A stretch of 64,000 nucleotides of DNA from Octopus sinensis (GCF_006345805.1 NC_043011.1:67406464-67470463); one strand, 5' to 3'. Positions 40,545 through 54,760 are shown, counted from the first letter of the stretch. Notes: generated from the sequence alone by a model not told the origin. Numbers and translations are program-made.

Positions 40545-43050
40545 GAAGGTCACGTACTCTCAGGAATGAATCATTGCAAGCAAGTACAGGTGGAGTCCCT
40601 GCTCAACCTCACCAATGCCTTATTCATGGAGCAAGTTGTACTCAAGCCAACTAGGGCAAATAACATTCTGGATCTCTGCCTCACGAACAATATGGACATC
40701 ATTCATCATGTGAAAGTGACACCGACATCAGTTTTGGATCACAACATAATAGAGCTGTCTATATTTGGGCCGAAAGTAACCAGAGACATACAGCCTAAAG
40801 GAAGCACCCGAAATCTCTCCAATCTGAACTTCCACAAAGCAGATTGGAAATCTATCCAAAAAGAGATCCTCAGAGAGGACTGGCCAGAATGTCTCACCAC
40901 ACCAGACATTGACATGAAACTAGAATGTTTTATGTCTTTTGTGCAAACCGTATGCCAGAAATATGTCCCAGAGCACAAGGCCAAAACAAATAGGAGCAAG
41001 ATTCCAAGAGACAGGAAGATCCTCATGAGACGACGGACGAAGGTTGCGAATCGTCTCAAACAACATCCCAAAAGTAGCAAAACGTCCCGCCTAAAAACAA
41101 CACTGATGGAGATCGAAAAACGGCTGCAACAATCCTATGTGAGGGAGAAAGCAGACAAAGAGGCCTGGGTTATAAAAAACATTAAATCAAACCCAAAGGC
41201 CTTCTTTCATTACGCGAAAGAAACAGTTTCAGTGCACTACAAGATAGGACCCCTCCTCCAAAAGGATGGCTCCCTCACAGATAGTCCAACTATGATCAGT
41301 GAGATGCTGAATGACCAGTTCAAAAGTGTTTTACCACCCCGTTGGAACACAGACAAGTGAACGAACCAGTGGACTTCTTTGCCGCCTCACCTATAACCAA
41401 CGAGGCGGTTACAATAGAATGTATTGACATTAGCGAAAAAGATGTCCTACTAGCCATAGATAAAGTGGACACAAACTCAGCTGCTGGTCCAGACGGTTTC
41501 CCAGCCATCCTTCTCAAAGCGTGTAAGCATGCCCTGGCAAAACCCCTCAAGATTCTCTTCCAGAGCTTTCTTGCGAATGGCAAACTGCCAAGCAAGCTGA
41601 AGGAGGGAATAATATGCCCAATACATAAAGGGGGAAGTAGAGCAGATGCCAAAAACTATAGGCCTATCTCTCTGACTTCACACATCAACAAAGTCATGGA
41701 ACGGATAGTCAGAAAGAAACTAATCGCATTCCTTGAGAAAAATAACTTGCTAAGTAATACCCAGCATGGTTTTCGACCAGGTAGGAGCTGCCTGACCCAG
41801 CTCTTACAACATTATGACTGGGTATTGAGGCAGTTACTCAGCAAATCAAATGTGGACGTAATCTACCTTGATTTTGCAAAAGCTTTTGACAAGGTGGATC
41901 ATGGTATGATATGCCACAAACTACGTAACCTCGGCATAGCTGGAAAACTTGAAGTGTGGTTGCATGACTTCCTGAAAGATGGGGGTCAGGCAGTAGTGGT
42001 TAATGGAGCCACCTCTATGAACACACAAATAGTGAGCGGTGTTCCACAGGGCGCTGTCTTGGGACCACTGCTTTTTATAGTGGCCCTCTCAGATATGCCC
42101 TCAAATGCCCGGATAGCCACTCTGGCAAGCATGCAGACGATACGAAAGTCTCGCAGAAAATACAGAACCCCAGCGACGTTGCACACCTGCAGCAGGAGTT
42201 GGACTCAATCTACAGATGGGCTGAGGATACTAATATGCAGTTTAATGCTGAAAAATTCCAGGCCCTGCGCTACCAGCATCCAAAACTGAATATTAAACTT
42301 ACAGAATACACCGGTCCACAGGGAATTTCAATCCCAGAGCCTAAGTCTGTGAGGGACCTGGGTATCGACATGAGTGATGATACCTCTTTCCAAGTGTACA
42401 TTACCAGGATGGCGACAAAGTGCAGACGACTGGCGGACATTCGTCCTCAGCCGCCTGGATTACTGCTCACAGCTATGGTCACCCACCAGTGTAAAATTAA
42501 CAGCGGATCATGAAGCAATCCAGAGAAGATTCACAAAGAAGATCGTCTCTTTGCAACAGCTCAGCTACTGGGAAAGGTTGAAACCGCTAAGACTCTTCTC
42601 CCTGGAGAGAAGACGGGAGAGGTATGCAGTAATATATGTCTGGAAGAACCTGGAAGGAATTGTTCCAAATTTTGGCATTGTAAGCTACACCAATGCTAGA
42701 ACGGGACGACACTGCATAGTGCCAAGGATCCCAGCAATGCCATCACACTTCAGGACCAGCTTCTGCAACAGGCTGGGTTTCAAGGGCCCACAGCTTTTTA
42801 ATATTCTCCCAAATAGTCTGAGGAACTTGCACAAAGTAGATGTAGCGGTTTTTAAATCAAAGCTGGACATCTTCCTGTCAAGAGTCCCAGATGAACCTAC
42901 CTCACGGCAAGAGGTGCAAATGAGAGTAGCTGTATCAAACTCCATTCTTCACCAAGTGCCACATATTGGACGAGGTTCGTCGTAATAACAGTGTAGCACA
43001 AAACGGCGGTGCATCAGCATGGCCGCAGCTCTGAGCTGAAACTAGAAGAA
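40545..43050 (+). mobile_element. CR1-group LINE family B, 5'-truncated, frameshifted
   Basis: ORF pieces 40566-41360, 41342-42289, 42374-42985 homologous to LINE A ORF2; tail ...CTGAAACTAGAAGAAGAA. Confidence 0.93.
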
Positions 43051-43073
43051 GAATATATATATATATATATAAT

Positions 43074-43307
43074 ATAAATATAAGAGAGTGGTCACTATAT
43101 GGCTCACTCTAGCACCAGTTAATCCAAAAGGTTTCAACCACAAAAATACATGTTTCCCATGAAAGTCAGTACGATTGTTAGCTCACACGGACAGGGCAAT
43201 TAACAATCGTACTGACTTTCATGGGAAACATGTATTTTTGTGGTTGAAACCTTTTGGATTAACTGGTGCTAGAGTGAGCCATATAGTGACCACTCTCTTA
43301 TATTTAT
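43074..43307. repeat. Perfect inverted repeat, 107-bp arms, 20-bp spacer
   Basis: 43074-43180 vs 43201-43307; right side continues to an AACCTTATTAATTAATTAAA(TA)n terminus near 43440. Confidence 0.95.
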
Positions 43308-43436
43308 TTTGTAAAAATATTATAATATATTATAAAATATTATAATAATCCAGGTTTCTCGGAGCACTAGGCCACTTGGTGTTGAATAGATATACTATTA
43401 AATTAGTATCTAATTCTCTCAACCTTATTAATTAAT

Positions 43437-43476
<40 letters not shown>

Positions 43477-43900
43477 CAGGGGTTGGATAAAATAATGGAA
43501 ATAACTTAAAATTTCAAACAAATTTATTTTAATATGGGGTAGGACCACCTTTGCCAGTAATTACAGCTTGCATTCTACGAGGTATGGACTCATACAAAGT
43601 TTGAATTGTTTCCAAGGAAATTTTTGTCCATTCTTCAGCTAAAACTGTGTCCAATTCTTGTAGTGGTGTTAGTCGAGGATATCGACTCATTACTTGTTTT
43701 TTCAGAAATGCACCATAAATGTTCAATAATTTTGATATCTGGGGGCTGTGATGGCCAGGCAAGATGTTCAACTTCACTACAATGTTTCTCGTGCTATTAA
43801 TTAACAACTTTAGCTGTGTGAAGTGGTACATTATCATTCTGAAAGATTGCGTTTCCCTCCGAAAACAGTTCCATAACCATAGGATGAATTTCATCAGAGC
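43477..43900 (-). mobile_element. Tc1 transposase C-terminal relic
   Basis: IFQNDNVPLHTAK, WPSQPPDIKIIEHLW, SIPRRMQAVITGKGGPTPY; TA|CAGGGG terminus. Confidence 0.85.
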
Positions 43901-44729
43901 GAGTGCAGATATGAATAGCATATGAGAACCAGTATTAAGGAAGGATAAGGGAGTATTATTAGCTTTATAAGCCCTAAAATTGACCGTATATTTACGCAAA
44001 TATTGTAATTAAATGGAATTTGATATAATATATTTTAATAATCTTCAGTATTGTTAACAAAAATATGCTCAACTACTTGATATATAAATAGCTGACTCTC
44101 ACACTTTATAACGTTCTCCCCGCACTCACCCGTTTTTATCTATCTTTCTCTTTCGCTCTATAAGATCTCTATCTTCTTAACTACCATAACATCATCAATG
44201 ACCTATTGTGTATCATATTTTCACGAGCACAAATATGTTGAATGTGTTTATTTATATACATATATGATAATAACGGTTTTCTAAGGAACGCTTGCATTCA
44301 AGAAAACACACACATCTGAGTTTATCGTAGGTTAGCCCACATGTCGTAATGTATCTTCATTTTTGAAATTCTTCCTGAAAAAATACTCAATTGACTGGAT
44401 TCAAATATGAAAATTTGAATTTCTTCTGTAACTGAATTGAATGGGAGCGGAAACAGCTGTAGGCGGGAATTTCTTTTTTCATCAATTTGAATGTCTTTAT
44501 ATAAATAATGGCTGTCAGCCAATTTTGTCTAGTTTCATCGTTTTCACATTCATAAAGTTGTTTTTTTTTTAATGCCTATACGTTTCAAGGATAAACTAAT
44601 TTACTTGGTATTCAATGAACGCTGGTATAAACAGGAGAACTAGAAGGCCCTTATCCCTTAAGGGTCTTCACTTATTTGACTAAATAAAATAAAATTATAT
44701 CTATGTATATATATACATACACAGACATA

Positions 44730-45300
44730 ACAGAAGTAAATAGACACCCCATAAATCATCGTTTTATGTTTATTCTAACCTGTGAAGGTTTATATTTTTT
44801 TTTATTAATTGACATTTTTATGTTTCAGGTTCTATGCGTGGCTGTTTAATCATTCCATGTACAAAAGAAGCCTTGGAACTGTCTGAATTTCAAAGAGGCT
44901 GTGTTGCGGGTCATTCTGAAGGTAAAATCGCAGAAAACCTTGGGATCCCATTTTCTACAGCTAATAGAGTGAGTGACTGTGCAATTCACCAGAGAGGGGA
45001 AGGAGTTCACATCATCTCGCCCTGATCAACCAGCGTCCACTGACAGGACCCTTCTCTTAGCTCAGAGAAGTGTGGGGAATAATCCTCGTTGCAAGGACTC
45101 TGAAAGAGCAGAACAAGTTGATGTCAGTCCCAGAACAGCTGTCAGGCATCTCCAAAAACTTGACTACTGTGGCAGAGCAGCAAGAAGGAAACCACTTCTT
45201 CGACAAGCTAACATGAAGCGGAGAAAAGATTGGGCCATTGAGATGGTGGGGAGGCCATTGGGATTCTGGGACAGTCATATTCGCTGATGAGTACAGATTC
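44730..45300 (+). mobile_element. Tc1 transposase N-terminal relic
   Basis: ELSEFQRG HTH start, GRAARRKPLL, IFADEYRF across frameshifts. Confidence 0.75.
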
Positions 45301-45338
45301 AAATGTACTCGGAACTCGCCTGGCGAATCTCTTTGTAT

Positions 45339-45399
<61 letters not shown>

Positions 45400-45749
45400 T
45401 ATTGTTGTTGTGGTGGTAGTGGTGGTGGTGGTACTGATAGTGTTGGTATGGAAGTGCTGCTGTTGGTTGGTGTTTGTGTTGGTGGTGGGGTGATAGCGGT
45501 GGGGTGCTATTGATGGCTGTATTAGCCTCGTATCAATTCGGAGCGGTCTGGCCTATGTTCAGGAGCAATCCAAGCGTGAGCATCGCGTCTCCTTTGTTAT
45601 CTTTTTTGTGATCATATGTGAAATGCAATCAATATGTAAAATGAGTGAGATATGGCTGCTGTTTTTAGCGGATTGAACAACACCATATTAGGTCATTCAT
45701 GTGAAATAAGTCTTGACGCAGGAATTCCATGGTTCATAGCGGCCCATCT

Positions 45750-45975
45750 TATTTCTTTACTACCCACAAGGGGTCAAACATAGAGGGGACAAACAATGAC
45801 AGACAAAGGGATTAAGTCGATTACATAGACCTCAGTGCGTAACTGGTACTTAATTTATCGACCCCGAAAGGATGAAAGGCAAAGTCGACCTCGGCGGAAT
45901 TTGAACTCAGAACGTAGCAGCAGACGAAATTCAGCGAAGCATTTCACCCGGCGTGCTAACGTTTCTGCCAGCTCG
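45750..45975 (-). mobile_element. tRNA-derived SINE (family S3)
   Basis: Reverse complement has GAGTTCAAATTCC B box and GCCTTTCATCCTTTCGGGGTCGATAAATTAAGTACCAG body; near-identical copy at 61010-61230. Confidence 0.85.
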
Positions 45976-46734
45976 CTGTCCATCTACCACACTATCAGCC
46001 TTTATTCAAACATATTACTTAAGTCTAGATTATCCTATATCTCCCACTTTCATTAAAATAGTAGTGTGTGTTATGAGAGATTTTAGTTACTATTTCTTTT
46101 CACTTGGCAATTTTGTGTAAATCATGACCAATGTACTTACAAATGTACTTCTTACTCACTAAGATTTGGGCCCGATTTTACTGCCTGACATTTTCAGCAA
46201 ATATTTTATCAAACGCAGTGCTCCAGCATGACAACAGTTTCTGGTTAAAAAAAGAGGTAAGGCTATTTGCATCATGCCTTGTGACCACATAAAGTACATA
46301 TTTTTAGTTCTGTCTGAGCCTTCAAGGAAACGCTTGGAGTATTACTCCTCTGGTTGAATGAAGCAGCCTCTGTAGGCGTAATCGTCTGACCCGTCAGAAG
46401 TAGCATAATCATTCCTATTGCCTTAAATATCCGAAGGACGCCGCATTATGTAATGCATTCTGCTTAAGTTGCCCTTGAAAATACACTGCGAGTTTGACGC
46501 AATTCGAAGTCTTTGACATAAAGATCTTCTGGATCAAATTCTGATCAGAGTCGGAAAAGTAGCAAGAAAGAAAACAACAACAGCAATAACGACGACGATG
46601 ACGAGAGTGATGATGACGATGATGATGATGATAATGACGAAGACAATAACGGCCCAACAGCAACAAAAACAAGTGTAACAGAAAGTTTGAAAGAAAATGT
46701 TTCAAAAAACTTGAAGACATTTTATCGATGTGGC

Positions 46735-47310
46735 TGTGTTGTAAGAAGCTTGCTTCCCAATCACAAGAAGCCTGGTTTAGTCTCACTGCGTGGCACCAAA
46801 GACCAGGGCCTTACACTATAGCCTCGGGTAGACCAAAGCGCTGTGAGCGGATTTGATAGACGGAAACTGAAAGAAACCGGTCGTATGAGGCTCCGAAGAA
46901 GCTATAAGATGTTACTCAATCCTTCAAGTATGAGTCCACCGCGGAAACAGCTGTAAGCCAATGAAGTTCATAAGATAATCGTTTATATCTTCGTCATCTC
47001 TATTTTCTTAAATGAATATATGTGTGTATTTGTGTTTGTGTGTGTGTGTGTGTGTGTGCGTGCGTGTATGTGTGTCTGCGTGCGTGTATGTGTGTGTGTC
47101 TTTGTGTCTGAGTTTGTCCACCACTAAAGCTTGACAACTGGTGTTGGTGTGTTTATTTTCCTATAACTTAACTGTTCAGCAAATGATTCCGATATAAGTT
47201 CCACGCTTTAAAATATAAGTATCCGGGTCGATCCGTTCCATTAAACGCCTATAAGTGGTGCCCCAGCAAGGCCGCAGTCTAATGACTAAATCAATTAAAA
47301 AGATAAAAAT
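46735..47310 (+). mobile_element. SINE S1, head (46735-46885) and tail (about 47100-47310) separated by an insert
   Basis: Head and GTGGTGCCCCAGCAAGGCCGCAG tail motifs. Confidence 0.7.
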
Positions 47311-47744
47311 GGGAAAAGGATTTTTTAAAAATTTAATCAGGAACTGACAAGGATTTTTCTATGTGGTCATTCAAACTGCTAGAATTAGCAGCTAAATCCC
47401 TCACATGTAACTAAATATTCTACAAATTTTTGAAGGAAACGACACATCTCTGAAAACAAACGTGTCATGGCTGGAAGACTTTTGACAGCCGATTTATTCA
47501 GTCATCAGCTTAGATGGGGATATACGACAACAACAGTGATGGTGAGGGCTTTAAAAGGCTTCAAGTATTTTCTTATAAAAGATTTTTAAAATAGAACTCT
47601 CATAGTTTTCACTTGAAGAAAAACATCATGAATATTTAATATGAAGCTGGCAGAGGGTGACACAGGATTAATGCGGGTGAACGAAAAGGTGAACTATCTA
47701 CGTAAGTCTTTTTATCTGATTCCCAACTTTGTAAACGCATGTGA

Positions 47745-48135
47745 AAGCCTGTGACTTAGTGGTTAAATCATTTGGCTCACAATCGTAACGTCGCGAGTTC
47801 GATTCCCGGTGGCGCGTTATGGCCTTGACCAAAACACTTTATTTCACGTTGTATGTATGTATGTATGTATGTATGTATGTATGTATGTATAAAGGCACAC
47901 GACTTAGTGATTTGTGTATTCGGCTCCCGTCCACTCAGCTGGCAAAAATGAGTAGTACCTATATTTCAAAGGGTCGGCCTTGTCACATTCCGCGCCACAT
48001 TGAATCTCCCTGAGAACTAACGTTAACGGTACCCGTGTCTATGAAATCCTCAGCCATTTGCACCTTAATTTCGCCAACAGTTTCGTCTGTTGATCGGACC
48101 AACTGCAACACTTGTCGTAAGCGACGGAGTGCCAG
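47745..48135 (+). mobile_element. SINE S2 with (TATG)n insertion
   Basis: GAGTTCGATTCCCGG B box; S2 body to GCGACGGAGTGC. Confidence 0.75.
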
Positions 48136-48394
48136 TTTTAAAAGCATGTGACATCGTGGTTATGATCCTGCACTCATAATATTAAGATCCTGGTTTCGAT
48201 TCCCAGAGTGAGTGGTGCGTTGTGTTCTTGGGTAAAACTCGTGATCTTACGTTGCTCCAATTCACTTAGCTGTAAATAGTAACCCTGTGATAAACCGGTG
48301 TCCTGATAACGTTGACCGTTGCGATCTCGTTCACTCTTAAGCCAGGAAAATTGGGTAACCGTGCTTAGGACTCAAGAAAGAGTTGAGTTGAGAC

Positions 48395-48727
48395 CCCACT
48401 TCGGTCATGACTGACTATGGGTGTGCACCTAGAACGTTACCCTCCCAGGCACAACTCTCAGCAAGGTTGTTTATGAAAGACCAGCAGTCGCTCATGCATA
48501 CCAGTCTCCCCTCCTTACACTACCGGTGTTATCCAAAGGAAAGGCAAAGCGGCCGATACAGCTTGGCACCTGTGATGTCGCAACTTATTTCTACAGATGA
48601 GTGAACTGGAACAACGTGAAATAAAGTGTCTTGCTCAAGAACACAACATGCAGCCCGGTCCGGGATTCGAACTCACAACCTCACGATCGTAAGCTCGACG
48701 CTCTAACCACTGAGCCATGCGCCTTCA
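48395..48727 (-). mobile_element. tRNA-derived SINE (S2-type head, different tail)
   Basis: Reverse complement: TGGCTCAGTGG A box, GAGTTCGAATCC B box. Confidence 0.8.
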
Positions 48728-49370
48728 CTCAAGAAGGAAACAACAATGGAATCGGCTACTTTAACTGATATTGAACGCGTGCATCAGGAATGTATAACTA
48801 CATAGTCATTTGATCACATGCTAGAAATAGCACCCAAATATGTATCGCTCATAAAATATAGAAATACGTGTTTCTGTGGGGGTGGGGCAAAGCTTGTTCA
48901 GGAATGGATCGTGTTTGAGAGCATACATGCTTGACGTAGGGTCAGACAACAACGACAACAACGAGAAGAGGAATAGCAACAATTACGCCTACGTAGAGGA
49001 TATAGGAGTAACCGGAAGAGGAGGAGAATGTTGGGAGTAGGAAGAGGAGGTGAAGGATTGACGACGGTAAGAACCACAACAACAACAACAACCGCAACAA
49101 CAATGACAAGGAGAAAGAGAAAGGCGACTGATTTCCTTTCGTTTTAGCAATTGATATTTCTTTCGTATTTATGAAGTCATTGATACTGACGAGCAGAGAT
49201 TCCTATTTCCGAATCCCATCACAACACAGTAATTAGATATCCCCCCCCCCCCGGCCAGCCAAATTCTGTGATCCTCGACTTATGATGCAAATCAGTCTCT
49301 GTTCTTCACCCATTCTTTCTTCCCTTCGTTCTTTCATCCTATCTGTCATCTCTTTCCCTATATACATACA

Positions 49371-49406
<36 letters not shown>

Positions 49407-49462
49407 TTTATATATATATGTATATATATGTATATAATGAATACACCCAGACACACATGTGC

Positions 49463-49496
<34 letters not shown>

Positions 49497-50884
49497 GCAC
49501 ATGTGTGTCTGTGTGTATCCATTATATACATATTCTTTGATTGCTATTGTTTCAATATTTCTACACTATCCAACACGAAATTTACTTATCGCATTTCACG
49601 TGTTATTCTTCTGGTTATCTCCTCTATATTTAATAATGTTTGCATAATGTGTATGCGTGTATCTATCTATCAATCTATCTTTCTATCTATTTCTCTATCT
49701 ATCTATCGATCTATCTATCTATCTCCCTATGTATCTACTTATGTGTTTGGTGCCTGGAGGAATCTAGGAATCTATGTATATCTATTATCTTTTTCTTTCT
49801 CTATTAATGAAAATGGGTTTTTACTATTATTTTATTTCATTCCATTTTTAACTTATTATCTATGTATTTAACTATCTGAAATATAGGATGTACTTTTTAA
49901 TAAACATTTAATCACAGCCTCACTCTAAAACAAACAAAAAAATAAGAATAGAGATTACACTTCAGGATTTATTTCTCCTCCTACAGCAAAAAAAAACGTG
50001 GAATCGATCTTATTTTCCCAGTTTTCTTTTAAATTTACTTGAGAAATTATACGCAGCACTTCCGCTGAATCCAGGTTTGTATACGCTATAAATAGTTATT
50101 AGTTATCTTTCCATGTTCAGAAAACTGGGTTTTTTTTTTCCTGCGATGGAGATCTAATAAAAATAGAAAGATTTAAGATCAAACACGACTCTGTATACGA
50201 AGTAACCGAAATGTGTGGCACTAACACTTGAGTTATATTAATAAACGAGCCATAGATTACATAAGAAGTGTCTTAAAACACAGTGTAATATACTTATGAA
50301 TTAATTAATTCCCTTTGGCACCGCATGTACGGTAATGCACATAAGACAACATTTTTAGTCTGTCCACTTTTGTGTACGTTATAAAAAGTTCTCTAGTGGT
50401 CCGCCCATGGGCACGTCCTGTGTATGTGAACCTTCTCCAGCACTATACGATATGGTAGGGCCTGAATCCTCCTCTGCTGCCATTAAATAGATTGATAGAA
50501 TTTCGGCTTCTACAAATAAGTCCCGGTTGAATACTTGAGTGATTTTCCCATTGCCTTCTCTAGACAGGAGAGATTTGAACTCAGAATGCATACAGCCGGA
50601 AGATAAACCGTAAACAATTTCTGCCGACGCGTCACCGATTCTGTCACTCTCACACCCGCATAGCAGCGTTAAATGAAGTGTTTTGCTCAAGAACACAACA
50701 TGCTGCCCTATCCGGGAATTGATACCAGAACCCAGCGATCGTGAGTACAGCACCCTAACCACTAGACCACAAATTCGTAATTTGATGAAGATCTAAACTA
50801 AAAGGAAGTTGCTGCAATTAATCCCATTTTTCTACTCGGGAGAAATCTGAGGAATAACCACGTGCTTCAATTTTAGAAGCTAGG

Positions 50885-51284
50885 CTAGGCGTGGTTGTGT
50901 GGTACGAAACTTGCTCCTCAATCACATGGCTCTGGGTTCAATCCAACTACGTGGCACTTTGGCTGAGTGTGTTCTATTTTAGCTTCGGGCCCAGCAAAGC
51001 ATTGTAACTGGATTTGATAGACTGAAATTGAAAGATGCCAATCATATATATATATATATATATATGTGTATGTGTATGTGTGTATGTGTATGTGTGTACA
51101 TGCATATGTATATATATATATACATATTGACAATTTTGTCTTTTTTTCGGCATATTTGGCATTAGAATTTTTCTTTTGCCCTTATTTTGTAAATTATTTA
51201 TAAATTTAACGTTTAAAGGTATTTTTTGATATGCTGGCCATTAATAAAAATTTTTTCTCAAACAAAATTTTAGCCTACATTAGT

Positions 51285-51315
<31 letters not shown>

Positions 51316-51495
51316 GCATATACATGTATCTATGTGTCTGTGCTTGTCCCCAACCACTCGTTGACAACCGGTGTTCATGCGTTTACGTTTCCCGTAACAT
51401 AGAATAAGTACTAGGTTTAAAGGTAAGCATTGGGGTTGATTTCGTTCAACTAAAACTTTTCAGGTGTCCTAGCATGGTCGCAGTTTAATGTCTGG

Positions 51496-51500
<5 letters not shown>
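50885..51500 (+). mobile_element. Degenerate SINE S1 (head 50885-51040, tail about 51330-51500)
   Basis: Head and TTGACAACCGG...AGCATGGTCGCAG tail motifs. Confidence 0.65.
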
Positions 51501-51584
<84 letters not shown>

Positions 51585-51779
51585 TATATATATGCGTGTG
51601 CATGTGTGTGTGCGTGTGTGTATTCTCAAACCCTAAGACTTACCCAGTTTCAGTTAACTTCGACCCTACTATATGAGTGGTACTTTTTTTTTATAGAACA
51701 CACAGGGACGGAAGACAAAGTTGGATTTGAAATCAGGACGCAAACTCTCTAAAAAAAATGTGCTAAAGTTTCTCTCAGC

Positions 51780-52080
51780 ACATCGTCTTCTAACTTTCTA
51801 TCTCGCGCCTCCTTCCGTGAAACGGGAAAGAAGAGCCATTTTCATCGTACTTGTAGCTATGGCGAAAGAATATGTATCGTGGACGCGTCTGAAAGTATTG
51901 GAGACAAACACTTTCCTCTCTGGTCAATCTCTCATCAACTTCTTCTAGTATCACTTGAAGAGGAAGGTGAGAGTAGAGAAGAAAGTTTTGTTTAGTGAAT
52001 GCTTCAAAAAAAGATGGGTGAATGTAACAAGGATGGCACGTGTGAATGACGGAGCCAGCTTGAGCATAATCCTATGAACC
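51780..52080 (+). mobile_element. L1/Tx1-type LINE C-terminal relic
   Basis: VAMAKEYVSWTRLK...LINFF...LKRKVRVE, homologous to 56330-56500. Confidence 0.6.
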
Positions 52081-52421
52081 AAAAAGAAAAAACGAAGGGA
52101 AAAAAGAGACCCACTTACTGTAATGTGTTTTCTTTTTGCATGACACTATTGCCCAAGGTTCCCGTAGTCTTTTCCGTAGGCTTTTATTTCCACGGACAAA
52201 CCTAATCTGTTTTCTCTTTTCACACTGACATTTTTGTGATGCACGATCCCCACTTATTTTTTTCCACGATCCCTTTTGATCGGAATCCGACCCCTAATTT
52301 TTCATTCTCTTCTTCCCGAAAAGAAAAGCTCTACTTTGTATTTTGTCCCTTCTGTGTTCAGCCCTACGTAGCCAATAAAGAAATCTATCTATCTATTTGT
52401 GTGTGTGTGTGTGCGTGTGTG

Positions 52422-52456
<35 letters not shown>

Positions 52457-52467
52457 ACACGTATGTA

Positions 52468-53704
52468 CAGCGTGCAGTGAATAAATTATTGTCTAAATAA
52501 CACGGACATCTCATTTTAACAGATATATTTACCAAAATTACACAAAAATATCTTGAAATACTAAATACTAACATTTTATCAATAAAATTGTCATTGGCTT
52601 CAACCACAGCCTCCAGACGACTTTGGAATCTCCTGCAACTCTTCTGGACAGTGAATACTGTCATAATCCTTGCTTTCAGTTCGTCTTTGGTGTTACAAGG
52701 AGTTTTGTTGGTCTCTCGTTCAACTGCTCCCCACACATAATACTCAAGGGGTTTGCAGTCTGGGGTGTTAGGTGGTCAGATGTTAGGGATGATGTCGCAT
52801 AAATTGTCTGACTGTATTCTCCCACTTGCTTAGCATGATGCAGAGTCCTGATGGCAGACATAGGGTCTTCCAGCAGACACCCTCTTGATGCAGGGCAGCA
52901 CTATCTCCTCCAGGCACTTGATGTAGGCCTCTGTGTTGAGTCTGAGACCATCTGGGAAGATGAATGGAAGCATAACATCGCCATCACTAGTGATCCCTCA
53001 CTTCAGACATCATGATGATGACTGGATGTTTGATTTTTATCCCTTTTGGTACATGTTTTGGGGACACGGCAAGTCAATGGTTGTTCTGTGTGTTCACCAT
53101 CTGATCCTGGCAGAAAATGTTCTCGTCTGAGAAAAACCAAAGCATATTCGCTTAGAAGGGATGCTTGAGTTTGTTTGAGAAGCTTTGTAGCGCGGTCTTT
53201 CCTCTTGTCCTTGATGGCTTGGGATAAAAATTGGCCCTTTCTCATCTTGTATGAGGAATAGCGAATGTCTTCATGCAGTACCTGCCTGATAAGAAACTCA
53301 GACACTTCCATGTCCCTGGCGATGGACCCGATTGACTTGGAGATATCGTTGTCAATCATGGCCAGGATCTCACCGATAAATTCAGTTTTTTTCTTATCAG
53401 AACGAGCAGAGTCAGTTTTCCGAGCTGCCGTACTTTCGTAATCACCATTAGATTCATCCAACTCTTTCCGAATCCTCAGACTGACACCCAAACGCTTTGA
53501 AATGTTCGTATTGGAGTTTGCCAAGCAGTACAGCATGTCGTTTCCAAATATCTGGCGGAGTGAACTGAGTCATGGTGCTTGTTTTCTCACATACGGTGCC
53601 CAACTGACCCTACTATACCGTGTAGTCGACAATATCAAAAACAAACAATGCGCATGCGCGAAATTAAAACTATTAAATGGTGAAAATTTACCCATCGGAT
53701 CCTG
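52468..53704 (-). mobile_element. Degenerate Tc1/mariner transposon (probably DD37D/maT type)
   Basis: ORF pieces with HEDIRYSSYKMRKGQFLS, WGAVERETN, FQSRLEAVVEAND; imperfect TIR-like ends (TA|CAG...TAAATT). Confidence 0.75.
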
Positions 53705-54104
53705 TGTCTTCCTCTCTTGCTTCGCTTCCTCCTTTTCCTTATATTCTTTGTTCTAATTCTTCGGTTTATCTTTCGTTTAATCTTTTCTTTCTATTTAACA
53801 ATTCCTCGGCTCTTCAGTTCTTTGATTATTTCATTAATATGCAAATGTGATTCTTTCTTCGATTTCTTCTCTTTATACAATACAATATAAATAATTCAGT
53901 TATTTAATATAGGGGCCTTTGAATTCTTTTCAATCCACGATACACCTCACCTCAAGTAGTTTAACTTTATTCTATACTCAAAAGTCCTCTCAAGCAAATC
54001 GATTTTTTTCTCTCATTGAGAAACCTGATGTCAAGCAGCTTGGCCTTCTTTTTGACACAGAAAGACAATACGGTTCTATATTTAAGAGATGAGGAATTAT
54101 ACCC

Positions 54105-54340
54105 GTGGGCATATGGCGTAGTGGTTAAGAGCGCGGGCTACTAACCCCAACATTCCGAGTTCGATTCCAAGCAGTGTCCTGAATAATAATAATAACATTG
54201 AAAAATACCTTAGGAATGAAAAGCCAGGTTCGAAATTCCCGCAAGATACCTGATGAAGGTTGGAGGGTATATCAGCCGAAACATTGTGTTAACAACAAAC
54301 AAGATGAGGACAAATATCCGTCAAATATAATTAATGTACA
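54105..54340 (+). mobile_element. tRNA-headed SINE-like element with a hammerhead core in its 3' half (family S4)
   Basis: A box TGGCGTAGTGG 54114-24, B box GAGTTCGATTCC 54157-68; GATAC-CTGATGA(54250-56)-A-GGTTG/CAGCC-GAAA(54278-81)-CATT-GTGTT; second partial copy 54807-54867. Confidence 0.7.
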
Positions 54341-54384
54341 GAAAAACAAATCTGAAGTATTTTGACATTTTCCATCCAAGAGAG

Positions 54385-54760
54385 GCTGCGTGGAAAGTAG
54401 CTTGCTTACCAACCACACGGTTCCGGGTCCAGTCCCACTGCGTGGCACCTTGGGTAAGTGTCTTCTACTATAGCCTCGGGCCGACCAAAGTCCTGTGAGT
54501 GGATTTGGTATACGGAAACTGAAAGAAACACGTCATATATATATATGTGTGTGTGTGTGTGTTTGTCTCCTTCCCACCATCGCTTGACAACTTGATGCTG
54601 GTGTTTTTTTGTCCCATAGCTTAGCGGATCGGCAAAAGAGACCGATAGAATAAGTACTAGGCTTACAAAGAATAAGCCCTGGGGTCGATTTGCTCGACTA
54701 AAGGCGCTGCTCCAGCATGGTCGCAGTCAAATGACTGAAACAAATAAAAGAATGAAAGAA
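54385..54760 (+). mobile_element. Full-length SINE S1
   Basis: Head, (GT)n, body and GCGCTGCTCCAGCATGGTCGCAG tail. Confidence 0.85.

Noticed and set aside
54105-54175. Possible tRNA gene (also at S1/S2/S3 heads)
   Set aside because: A/B boxes present but acceptor and T stems do not close; contiguous with SINE bodies
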